Assembly (NCBI GenBank): GCA_002269645.1
Contig: NIVC01001902.1
Location: 1-64,000 of the forward strand
Length of the DNA: 64,000 bases
DNA from: Macrostomum lignano
Lineage: Eukaryota
Direction: 5' to 3'
Shown: positions 47,555 through 58,334 of the stretch, in pieces
Position numbering within the stretch: the stretch's first letter is position 1
Layout of the letters: each line of letters starts with the position of its first letter
Notes under the pieces: model-generated
What the model was told of the DNA's origin: nothing
Database searches by the model: none
What the model saw: only the letters and a program-made list of their open reading frames with translations
Translations under genes and position numbers: made by a program

Positions 47555-48619
47555 ATGCTCTCTCTGCTCATCATCTGGATTGTCATGGCAGCGGCTGCCA
47601 CGGCTGAGAAGTCCTGCTGGAGTCTCCAGCGAGGCGACCTCGCCGAGTACCGGGTGCTGGCGGTGAAGCTGGCGGTCAACGACATTCACTGCGTGACTTC
47701 TGCTGAGAACGCGGAAGCCGTCCGCTTCGACGCGGCCTTGGGCTCCTGCTCGCTGCTGGCGTGCGATCGGGGAGCGATGGACGCCTGCAGGAAGTGCCGG
47801 CACGCCAGTGACTCCAGCCTGCCTCAGCTGTGGGTGAGTGAGCTGGGCTTTGCTTTGCGGCTTCTGCACTTTGCAGAAAGCAGAGCATCAATATGCGTGC
47901 ACGAAATGCAGCACCGCATCAATATGCGTGCACGAAATGCAGCACCGCATCAATATGCGTGCACGAAATGCAGCACCGCATCAATATGCGTGCACGAAAT
48001 GCAGCACCGCATCAATATGCGTGCACAAAATGCAGCACCGCATCGCCCATTGCAGATGAGGAAGCCGGTGAAGTGCTGGACAACCTTCCAGCACAGAGTC
48101 GACGGCTCCATCAGCTTCAACCGGAACTGGGCGGACTACGCGAGCGGATTCGGTCAGGGCGAGAGTCTCAACTACTGGATGGGACTGGAGCAGCTCCACC
48201 AGCTCACCGCCACTGGAGTGTGGAGAGTCCGCTGGGAGTTCAGCGACTGGAACGGCACCTGGTACTGGGCTGAGAATGCTCCGTTCTCTGTTGGTCCAGC
48301 GAGCGACAAGTACAGGTGCTCGATGGGACCTCTGGACGCGAGCAGGTCGAGTGTCGGACAGCGGACTGAAGCGAACTTCTCGCCGAACAACTGGCAGTTC
48401 AGCACTCCGGACTCCGACAACGACAACTGGAGCGGTGGAAGCTGCGCACAGGAAAGGCAGGCTGGGTGGTGGTACGGCTGGTGCTCATTCACAGACCCGA
48501 ACGCAGTCTACAAAGAGTATCCCAACACACAGGGGCTTTACTATTACCTTAAAGGCTCGGCTAGCAATCTGATCATTCTTTACTCGATGAAGACTTTTGA
48601 GTGTCTTATTTTTAATTGA
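47555..48619 (+). CDS. Secreted fibrinogen-related protein copy B, 280 aa when spliced; exons 47555-47833 and 48056-48619
   Basis: Near-identical to copy A; duplicated block 47291-48628 corresponds to 37646-38921. Confidence 0.88.
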   Translation: MLSLLIIWIVMAAAATAEKSCWSLQRGDLAEYRVLAVKLAVNDIHCVTSAENAEAVRFDAALGSCSLLACDRGAMDACRKCRHASDSSLPQLWVSELGFALRLLHFAESRASICVHEMQHRINMRARNAAPHQYACTKCSTASICVHEMQHRINMRAQNAAPHRPLQMRKPVKCWTTFQHRVDGSISFNRNWADYASGFGQGESLNYWMGLEQLHQLTATGVWRVRWEFSDWNGTWYWAENAPFSVGPASDKYRCSMGPLDASRSSVGQRTEANFSPNNWQFSTPDSDNDNWSGGSCAQERQAGWWYGWCSFTDPNAVYKEYPNTQGLYYYLKGSASNLIILYSMKTFECLIFN

Positions 48620-51327
48620 GTTGCTTAGTGCAGCTGTCGGCCGCTAGACTTCATCAGCTGGCCTGATCTCAATCTTGCACTCTAGAGTCCTTTCTTCACC
48701 CGTCACACATTCTTTACCTTCTACTCGTCAGTAGACGAACTCAGAAGTTTTTAATTGTGCACAAACATAAGAATGTCTGTTTCCTTTAGCAATCTGAAGT
48801 ACTTGGTGGTTTCCTGTCGCTACTTCCCAATCAATCACGTGAGCTGCCTACCTTGCGAGCTCTTCTGGGAAGTCTCCGGGTTGATCTAGTAGCGTTGGTA
48901 GTGCTGCCACCAGCTTCGCAGAGTCGCAGCCTTCGGTGAGGTGCTGAGCTCGTAGAAGCAAATAACTAAGACGAGAGAAAGAGACTCGCACTTCGTGCAG
49001 ATTTAGCAGTTCTCGCGCAGAGGTGCCCACCGTCAGCAGTCCCTGCCGGGCTGGTGCGGGGTGAGAGCGAAAGTGCTAGCTTCGGGCGATCCGAACTGGC
49101 CTGCTAATTGATAGCAGGAGCAATCAAAGGCAGTCACGCGCAAAGTCGGGAGTCTTGGAGTTTAAGTTTAACGGGCGCGTTCAGAGTTCTTTAATGGCAG
49201 AGAGGCAAAGGGTCGGCAGAAAAGGGTTCTGGAAAGGCTTGTCTGAGCCAAGCCATGAGAGGGGCTGCATTTATAGAGGATCGATTGCACCATAGCACGA
49301 AAGACCCCCGCTGAGAGTCATGAGTGACTCTGTTACTATTTTTAGCAACAAACAAGCGGGTCCTGCCTCAGAGGAGGCAAGGGGGTCCGGGCGCACGTGA
49401 TCTCCCCATGAACACGAGCCCAGCGTACAATGATGAAATCATTGCACTTTGGACTAAAGAAGGAAGAAGGCCTTGTCATGTGACTGACTCACATGACAAG
49501 GGGAAAAGGCCCACAAGTGAAGGCACTCGTGACCGTGGGACCGGAAAACAGGATAGCACTCCAAATTTGGAGATGCCTGACAGAGAACGAAACAGAGGCA
49601 GGCCAGACCAAGCTGTCTGGGCACTGCAAAAGGGAAAACGAAACAAAAGGGGCAAGCGAGGACAAACAGACAGACAAACGGGCAAAGGACAGGCGGGAGG
49701 ACAGGCGAGGAGGGACAGGCAACTGCCCAGCGGCAGACAGAAGCCTGGGGCGAGGGCGAGGGCAACAGCTGACTAGTGCGGCGCCTAACTAAACTAGCGA
49801 CTCACTACAAATCGTAGAGTACTTTATCGTGCAACTGTTACAATACGAGAATTCTAACGTAGTATGCTCTATACTTTTTGTATTGCTGTAAGGTACTATG
49901 CAATAAACTTTCCTCTGATCCTTAAAATCCCACTTAAATACAAGCAGCAATCCAGTAATGCTACGAGCGTATATGCATGTACACGTACGTATGTAAAGTA
50001 CTTGTCGACTTTTTTAATTTCGTTTATCAGGATGTTGCTGTCCTCTAGAAACTGGTAAGGATAGTGGGGTCGCATGCAGGCGTATAACAGTGATTTACAT
50101 GTACTGTCTGTGCTGTATGTGTACGTATGTACTGTCTGTGCTATACATGTGTACTGTCTGTGCTGTATGTGCTGTATGTGCTGCAATGTACCAAGGGCGA
50201 CGCCATGGATTTTATGGGGGTGAACAAAATCAAGAAATTCAAATGTACATGACTATAAATTCCTAAATTTCCATTATACGAGTGCTGTATGAGCTGTATG
50301 TGCTGTATGTGTATGTATACGTATTAACCCTAGGGACCCATAATGGGTAAATAATGCATTTTTACTGGCCATTATAATGACATTGAATGCCACTTAATGG
50401 CATTATAATTGCCACTTAATGGCATTATAATTGCCATTATAATGCAAATTCTATATATATAAAATGCATTTATAATGTGGTTGCAATTAATTAGAAATAA
50501 TGCATTTTTAGTCATCTTGCGAGCCATATATACTCGTATATATATGAATACATTGCACTTCGTACCTTCGTTTAAATCGGCTCATTAAAACCGTACTTAG
50601 TTCTATTCTGGTTTGTCTTACCAAACCATGGGCGATGTACACACAATAAGACACACTCAAAATAACACAATTGGTTAGTTTTATGTATAAGACAGGTCTC
50701 AACTAAGTGAGTGAGCCGAAAATGTAATATTTATTACCAAACAAAGAAGCCAAATGTAAAAAAAAAATTTGTGTCCCCGGAGTTTTACGTAAAAGCAATT
50801 AAACATAAAAAACTGCAAAAATGTGACAAAGAATTAGGTGTATCTAAACAAAGCGCACGGCATATGAGAGAAAACGTAAAACATAACATGTAGGATAAAT
50901 ATAGCTGAGCATTAGGCGCGCATGTTTTGTGAAAAAGGGCTTTTTAGTTTAGAAAAACTAACAAGAAACAAAGCTTGCTTAAGTACAAGTACTAGATGGT
51001 ACTGGGTCTACGATGTTAGCCAGCCGGCGTTTGCTAGCCGAAAGTTTGCCAGTTAGTGTCTCTTTCTTGGTCCCGTCTAATTCCCCAGTCATATTTTCTT
51101 CCTGTGTCCTAGCAATAGAGCTTTTAGAATAAGCCTAGCACACACACATCGGCTGGCTAACATCGACAAAAGCTACACAACAATAGCTACCCAGCAGATA
51201 AATCAGGAATACGTACCAGAAAAAATTTCATGCAATGATTACATTGACAACCAGGACTACTTACAGAATAGAAAACGAGACAAGACAATGACCCTGAAAA
51301 ACTGACGCGCGTTTGAAGTTATCTGAG

Positions 51328-53724
51328 CTAATCGTGCTCACACTCTTCCAACAGGGGTACCAGACAAAAACTGCCTGATGGCAAGTTCGGAAAGTTGACA
51401 TCGACTCGAATGCACCTCGCAGCCACATCAGTGAGACGTATGCAATTGTAATTTTCCCGAGTGGGTTCCTGACTCGTAAAGATAAGCATATTTCGGAGTG
51501 GAACATCAGATGTAAAAAAAGCAAGAAAGATTGCTTGTTCAGATGCACTAGCACCAATATTGGTAAAATCCGGAACAGCATTGAACAGTAAGTCGATTAA
51601 ACGACATTGTGGAGTCAGAAAAGAGCCAAAGATTTTGCTATCGGCAAAATGATTAATAGCAAAATATGAATTTGATACATCCAGGACATACGAACTACAT
51701 GTTTTTAAAGTGCAATCCGCAGAAGTGGTTGTTAAAATTTTACCCCCAGAAGCGCCTAGAGTTCGATTTTCGCGCTCAGGAGGATTGCAGTAGTGCTTAG
51801 CGATGACAAGGAGTGCATCAGAAATTGAGGGATTGGAGCCTGCAGCAGGTTGCAGTGAATACAATAGCACTTTTAGCCAGAAAAACTTTTCGGAAATTTG
51901 CTTTCCATGAAATCGACTGCCAAAATGAAGCATATTAAAGCCATGCATAGCTGACTCAAAGGGAAACATTGATGCACAATACAGAGGACCAAATCGTTCA
52001 TACTGGTCGGGTAGATGATAGAGAAGATGAAAATTAAGAAGCATAACACGTTCGCCAAAAAACTCAGGACACAGGTTAAGAAACATATTGCACAGACGTT
52101 TTAAAGTTGAAACACAAGAATTTTGCGAGTACAGCAAGTTATAAATAGAATTAAGAAGAAGGAGCAGGCCCCTAAGTTCGGGATTTTCGATTCGTGGAAG
52201 CAGAATTGATGGAAACAGATACAGAGCAAAAATCTTGTATGTTTTCGCTTTCCAAAGTGAGAGCTGACTAATTGGAGGAACATTGCTAATACCTTGGGGA
52301 AGTTTCAGTTGCATAATCTGAGAGTCGATTACATTGACAGATGCTGAGCCTAGCACACGGTAATGATTGGGATTGCAGCTTTTAGTCTTAGAATCAGTCA
52401 AGAAGGCTAGAATGTGTTTTACTTGACCTTCCCAGAGACAATGCATAGAATCAACAATGAAATTTTCTGGAAAACGAATGATTTTGAGAAGAGCAGTTTC
52501 GCGTTTGATTCCAAAATAATCCTTAAGCCCTTGAGCCTTGAGAACTGTGAGATGCTGCGCATGCATGGCATTAGTTCGAAGCGGAATTCCATGGACAGCG
52601 GGGAAGACACGAACTTGGCCTTTTTCTGACACCTTTAGAGACTTGCCAGGTAGGATGCATCTGGGACAAGCAAATTGTCCGTTGAATTGCTTGATTCCAA
52701 AAAGGTGAGATAAAGCGGGCAAATCGCAGGTAAAAAACGAGAAGTGAAGAAAAAACGTCACATTCCTTACTTTTACACACGAAGGCAAGCGATTTAAAAT
52801 AGTAGGCAAAAACTTTTCAAAATTCGGCTTTCCTCGATTGGTAAACAAAGCGATTGTGATAATGTTGACAAACTTCTGGCGTAATCTAACAGGCAAATTG
52901 AGGCACAGTGCACAGAAAGGCCACACAGACATTTCAGAAACTTTAAAGAAGTTTGCTCCGTCAGCCGAAAGAAGAAAATACAAGTGAAAAATGTCAGGAG
53001 ATGAGCCGGTTTCTAGTTCATTGCTAACAGCAGAGTTCAGAATGTCAGTTTGAAATCCTCGCCTTAGCTCACGCTGGTAAGATAAAATATCATTTAAATG
53101 CCTTTCAACTGTAAGCTCCACCTGATGGTTTACATTTAAGAGCCATAGTCCCTCGAAAGAGTCGACTGGATGTTCACTACAGTTTATAAGTAGACACGCT
53201 AAACAAACTTTCACAACGAAGTCCGGTTTTAAAATGAATGAACGAAGCAGAACCGCTTCCATTGCTTTGTAAGATGTAGGTAAAGCAGCGCGAGGAGACA
53301 GAATGGAAATGAGGCGAAGCATGTTTTTAACAGCTTTCTTGGAAACGTTCGACAAGATCATCCACAACATTAGAAGGGCACATTTGACCTCCATAGAGAT
53401 ACCTTGGATACAAAAGACAGAAAGAAGGTTACTATCCTCATCCGCAGAAAATATTTCAGGGTGCTCGATATCAGATGGACCAGCTGCCTGCACTTCATTC
53501 TCGTCATCAGCAGGAATTGCAATAGTCGGTTGCTCGCCGACGTTTGCTTGAATTGCAGCGGAAGAGCTCGAATCGCTGTATTCACCCATGGATGTGTCAA
53601 TCGAATGTGTACTTGAATCAACCGACATCGAGACATATGACGACCCAGAGGACAGACTTTCCGACGACCCAGAGGACAGACTTTCCGACGACCCAGAGGA
53701 CAGACTTTCCGACGACGAACTCAT
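51328..53724 (-). CDS. EnSpm/CMC-family DDE transposase, uninterrupted 798 aa
   Basis: SADG..SVWP..NLP..R..N, CDLPA..KQFNGQFACPRC, VDSMHC..G, WKA, NFHLLYHL..FGPL..SMFPFE; N-terminal 24-bp repeat encoding SSGSSESL. Confidence 0.9.
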   Translation of the reverse strand: MSSSSESLSSGSSESLSSGSSESLSSGSSYVSMSVDSSTHSIDTSMGEYSDSSSSAAIQANVGEQPTIAIPADDENEVQAAGPSDIEHPEIFSADEDSNLLSVFCIQGISMEVKCALLMLWMILSNVSKKAVKNMLRLISILSPRAALPTSYKAMEAVLLRSFILKPDFVVKVCLACLLINCSEHPVDSFEGLWLLNVNHQVELTVERHLNDILSYQRELRRGFQTDILNSAVSNELETGSSPDIFHLYFLLSADGANFFKVSEMSVWPFCALCLNLPVRLRQKFVNIITIALFTNRGKPNFEKFLPTILNRLPSCVKVRNVTFFLHFSFFTCDLPALSHLFGIKQFNGQFACPRCILPGKSLKVSEKGQVRVFPAVHGIPLRTNAMHAQHLTVLKAQGLKDYFGIKRETALLKIIRFPENFIVDSMHCLWEGQVKHILAFLTDSKTKSCNPNHYRVLGSASVNVIDSQIMQLKLPQGISNVPPISQLSLWKAKTYKIFALYLFPSILLPRIENPELRGLLLLLNSIYNLLYSQNSCVSTLKRLCNMFLNLCPEFFGERVMLLNFHLLYHLPDQYERFGPLYCASMFPFESAMHGFNMLHFGSRFHGKQISEKFFWLKVLLYSLQPAAGSNPSISDALLVIAKHYCNPPERENRTLGASGGKILTTTSADCTLKTCSSYVLDVSNSYFAINHFADSKIFGSFLTPQCRLIDLLFNAVPDFTNIGASASEQAIFLAFFTSDVPLRNMLIFTSQEPTRENYNCIRLTDVAARCIRVDVNFPNLPSGSFCLVPLLEECEHD

Positions 53725-54184
53725 AATTTCAACTTCAGTTCTACGAGTGTTAGGATAGACTGAAAAGTTTGGAGAAAATTACGTACCCGTGCCATCGAAA
53801 TAAGAATGTGCACCATCATCTATCGATAAATATGAAATGAAGTGGAATAAATTAGCTCGGTGGCGTTAAAGTTGAAGGAGTTTAGATTCTTCCACATATA
53901 TACATTTTGAACGACTACGGAAATCATTAAGGGTATCCTAACTACCCATACAAAGAGTGCCAACACTTTTCAAACGCAACAGTTATTATTCTAAAAAAAT
54001 AATTAAGGTAGTCGCTTCATTTTATATTAAAAAAACACTACAGAGTAAGAGTTTGACTTTAGCGCAGATAACGTAAAATAGGGATCGATTCAGTTCAAAA
54101 ACGTTATAGTTTGTTACATGTCGAATGGCAGTTGGGTGATTGCATCTTCAGTTAAAATATTGCGACACACGTTTAGCCGTCAGT

Positions 54185-57100
54185 CTAATCACCGGCCTTT
54201 CGCTTGCGGAAGGTTGACTCTGGACCAAGTCGATTCAGAGAGTCTTTGACGGCTGTCCACGCAGAAACCGTTTGATCCCTCGGGATATTGAAGGCCTTGT
54301 TCAGAATGCCTAGTTTTTTTTAAGAAAGATTTTATAGTAGCAGCAAATTCACACAAACATTTTCCAACAATGGAATGGCTACAGTGAGCCAGTTTGAATT
54401 TTTAGCTTTAAAAGACTATATAGAATGACCTGCATCCATCTAATGCCCACAATACTAAGTCAGTTGCCAAAAAACATTCAGTTGCAAAGAAATTGTATCG
54501 CTTACTCTTAAGATGGTCTTGCACTTCTCCTGGAGCCTTTGGCCTTTGTGTCGTGCCTTTGTACTCTCCGAAAACATGCGATTGCACATACTCGACGCCA
54601 TACCTCGCAGAAGCATATGCCCTGATGAACTTCGACGTCGTTGTACGAGGCAGATCTGAGAAATTGCAAACTCGCCCATCGTGGCCTTCAAATTCCTACG
54701 AAAAAGTACAAAGAAAATTGGTACTCAGGACCGATTGTTTGGATTATGTCATGATAAATGTCAGTGAAATGTGAAAACGTCAAGCCACATGAAGAAGAGC
54801 GAAAAATAAGAAAAACAGTAAAGTAAAATGGCAAAGTAAAGCATATAATAATTTTATAGTAAATGGTTAGTAAAGAAAGTAAATTAATTTGCACAGAAAC
54901 TGAGAAACCTACCTCCTTAAGGAAATCAGCTGATACCATTTGATGCAAGCTGGATGATGAAGTGCGAATCTTCCTCAGTTTGTGAGCGATGAACCGCTTC
55001 AAACTGTCTGAAACATTTGGTGTTTCACATTTGTACTATACTGATAGTGATTACATAAGCAGCACGAAATGCAGGATTTGTGAGTAAAAAAGTTGTATTA
55101 CACTGAGATAATGAGAATAAAGCATAAAAACAAAAGCACAAGAAAGAAATAATTAAACCTTACCCATTCCTTCCTGAAATTCAGCCAGTGTGAGAGGCTT
55201 GGAATTTGTGGGATCGTTTGCACTTGCTGCCTTTGCTGATTCATGAGCCTGAAGAACTTGAGGAAGTAGTTCCGGTGGTAAGGCACGCTGTTCCTCACTT
55301 GCAATTAAAGCCAATGATGCCTCAGAATTTTGGTGTCTGTCTTCAACATGAGTACCAGCTGTCCTTGGCCGCTTGTTTGCTAGACTGCCTTGAGATTGCT
55401 TCCTAGCACGAGAATGAGCAGCTGTAGGTGTCGAAACTGGACTTGGGCTTACAAAAGAAACCTGAGTAGGAGGCGGAGTAGGCTGCCAGGTCTCATCATC
55501 ATCCGAATCGTCAATATCACCTGCATCTTCATCACTTGAGTCTTCTTGTTGTCTCATGAAGACTTTCATATGAGACTGGACATGATCAGAGAGCTCGGAG
55601 TTCTCCTTGTTTTCAGTTATGAATGCATCAAGCTCCTTCTCAAGGTAGATCATTTTTGACCATGGTTCAGCTGCAATGAACATGCCATTGAAAATGCCAT
55701 CCTTGAGAGCAAGTGGGTAGTCCTCACCCTAAAATAAAAATGTGATTCATTATTAGATTTTGAGCTAATATTAGACCAAATTAATTTTTTAATTAAGAAT
55801 TATAAACAAACTAAATAGAAAATTCTTTTTAGAATAGTTAACAAAATAGATATAGCCTATTAGAAAGTTAGACAAACTAAACAAAAGAGTCCTTTAGAAA
55901 GATAGACAAGCTAAAGAGAATAAATCCATTGGAAAAATAGACAAACTTAACTAAAATAAAACTTTAGATAGCTTAATAGAGTTGGCAAATATAGCCTATT
56001 AAAATACTAGGAAAACTAAAAGTATAAGAAATATTAAAATAGAAAACTAAAGCACTGGACAATAGTTCAAATAGTAAACTTGCTATTGGATAGAATATAG
56101 GGCCTACCTTATCAGCAAATAGACCTTCCTATGAATTGAACACCTTAGGCTTAGCATAGGAATAAAATAGCTCATAGATAAATAGATATATAAACATACT
56201 GAGACCACTATATAAAATGTTATAAAAATCAATGAAGGCAGTCAAGTTTGAAAATGAATACATTATACAAAATATATATTAAAAAAATAGACAATAAGAC
56301 ATTTAAAAATGGCCAAAATTCTATTGGGTTGTTAGGAAAGTTCTGTCCGTTTTTTATTTTTCTATGCAGAGGATCATGAAGCTGTGTTGGATCCAATACT
56401 TGTGTATGCATATACAGCCAGAGTTGTGGTCATTCTAACCAAGTCATTTGCTTTTCAGCGCCCAATTATGGCCAGAAATTTTGAATTAAACAGCATCGCT
56501 CTAAGGCAGTGCATGCTATATGATTTTCTAGCAGGTATTACAGCAGCCGAATCGACTCGACGCCTGTGCAGTGCATTTGGCCAGGATGCTGTCTCTGACC
56601 GCACAGCCCGTCGTTGGTTTGATCGCTTTCGCAGCGGCGACTACAGCCTTGCTGACGAACCTCGCCCTGGACGCCCATCTGAGATAGACACTGAGCTGCT
56701 GCGGACACTTGTGGAGGCCAATCCGCACCAGACTACACGAGAGCTGGCAGCCACTCTTGGGTGCTCCCATGTGCAAGTCGCTGAACACCTGGCTGCCATG
56801 GGCAAGAAAAGCAAGCTCGGACAGTGGACCCCCCATGACCTGACTGACAGGGACCGTCAAAGCCGAGCAGACATTTGCACCTCACTGCTCTCCTACAAGA
56901 GAACAACAGACTGGCTGGCCTCAATACTCACTGGCGATGAGAAGTGGGTGATGTACGTTAATATACACCGCAAGCGCCAGTGGGTTGATGCCGGCAAACC
57001 GCCACAGCCAGAGCCAAAGGCCCCACTGCACCCTAAGAAGGTGATGCTCTGCTGTTGGTAGGACAGTGAAGGAGTTGTATACTTCGAGCTGCTGCCGCCC

Positions 57101-58334
57101 AACACCAGCATCACCGCCGAGCTCTACTGTAACCAGCTGCAGAATGTGGCCGACTGCCTCCACACACAGCGTCCAGGGCGTCAGCATGTTCGCTTCCTTC
57201 ATGACAACGCTCGGCCGCACACCGCCAATTTGACCCGACAAAAGCTGCTGGATCTGGGCTGGGAAGTGCTGCCCCACCCACCGTACAGCCCCGATCTGGC
57301 CCCTACAGACTACCATCTTTTTCGAGCGCTGCACCATCATCTGAAAGAGAAAACGTTTGAAGATGACAAAGGGGTCAAGGACTGCATTACTAACTTTTTT
57401 GAATCACAGCCCAAGGATTTCTACAGAGCTGGCATCCAAAGTCTGCCCTCTCGTTGGCAGAGGGTCATCGATTGCGATGGCAATTATTTTACTGAGTAAC
57501 ACTGCTGCATTCCTATAAAAACTCGCTCCAACATATTTTAGTCAAAACGGACAGAATTTTCCTAACAGCCCAATATATTCTCTCTATACTTAGAATAGAG
57601 AACATATAGAAAAGAAAGGAAAGCTAGCCAAACCAACCATAGTTCTTTATGCATGAGTTAGCTAATCATACTCTAACATTGATAGCAACTAAACAGCCTA
57701 TTTCAAGCACTAAAAAGTAGTCTTTTGCAAATTAAACAGCCTTGGCCTAGTATTACTAAAACTATAAAAAGATGAAATCTTAGAATAAGCCTAATTCACT
57801 AAAAAATACCTAACTAGTTCTATAGTTGGGCATCAGGGCCTACTCCCTACATGGCCTAAACTAGGCATATGGCTATAGAAGCCCAGCCTACTAGTAAAAC
57901 AATATAAAAAACTATTTAGCTTCATTTAACTTTAGGCCCTAATAAATATATTTGTAGGAGTTAATAGATATTTGATAGTTAGGCACACAAAACTACATTC
58001 ATTTTAAGCCATATGCACTCAAGCAATTTATTTATTTTTTCAAATCCTGCAGAATTTTGTATACAATATGCAATAGCATTTGTAACAATTACTAGGATTA
58101 GGCCTGGGCCTAGTAAGTAAGCAAAAAATTACTTACAAAAATGAATTTCACATCAGGCTCATTATGGCTAAGTGCAAGACTGCCACGGGAAAAGTTATGA
58201 TAAGTTCTTGTCTTTCGAATGAAGAATAGTAGGTACTTCGAATCATAAAATGACGCAGCAGAATTTGCCAATCGTTGCACTGGTTTCACTACTCTATTCG
58301 AAGAGCGCCTACTTGAACCAGCCGCAAGATCCAT
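54185..58334 (-). CDS. Transposon accessory gene, 390 aa, C-terminal BEN-like domain; exons 58334-58137, 55728-55164, 55007-54913, 54695-54506, 54309-54185
   Basis: Four GT-AG introns with consistent phases (0,1,0,1) give a 1173-nt ORF. Acidic/Ser-Pro linker, then TSKFIRAYASARYGVEYVQSHVFG..RPKAPGEVQDHLKSILNKAF..WTAVKDSLNRL..RKRK, resembling the BEN helical pattern (recognised by eye). Confidence 0.72.
56324..57573 (+). mobile_element. Full-length mariner (DD34D) element, 1250 bp
   Basis: ~30-bp TIRs (TTGGGTTGTTAGGAAAGTTCTGTCCGTTTT), TA TSD at 56322-56323 and 57574-57575. Confidence 0.95.
56468..57499 (+). pseudogene. Mariner transposase (343 codons) with a single premature stop at 57059-57061
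   Basis: HTH region, WTPHDL, TGDEKW, HDNARPH, YSPDLAPTDY. MLCCW-TAG-DSEG where Trp (TGG) is expected; frame continues unchanged after the stop. Confidence 0.92.

Noticed and set aside
51261-53636. Small ORFs overlapping the transposase (and those overlapping the kinase, stomatin, FReD and mariner CDSs)
   Set aside because: Shadow ORFs of real coding sequence with no independent motifs
57059-57061. Programmed readthrough of the mariner TAG
   Set aside because: Simple TGG-to-TAG change at a conserved Trp; no recoding signal seen
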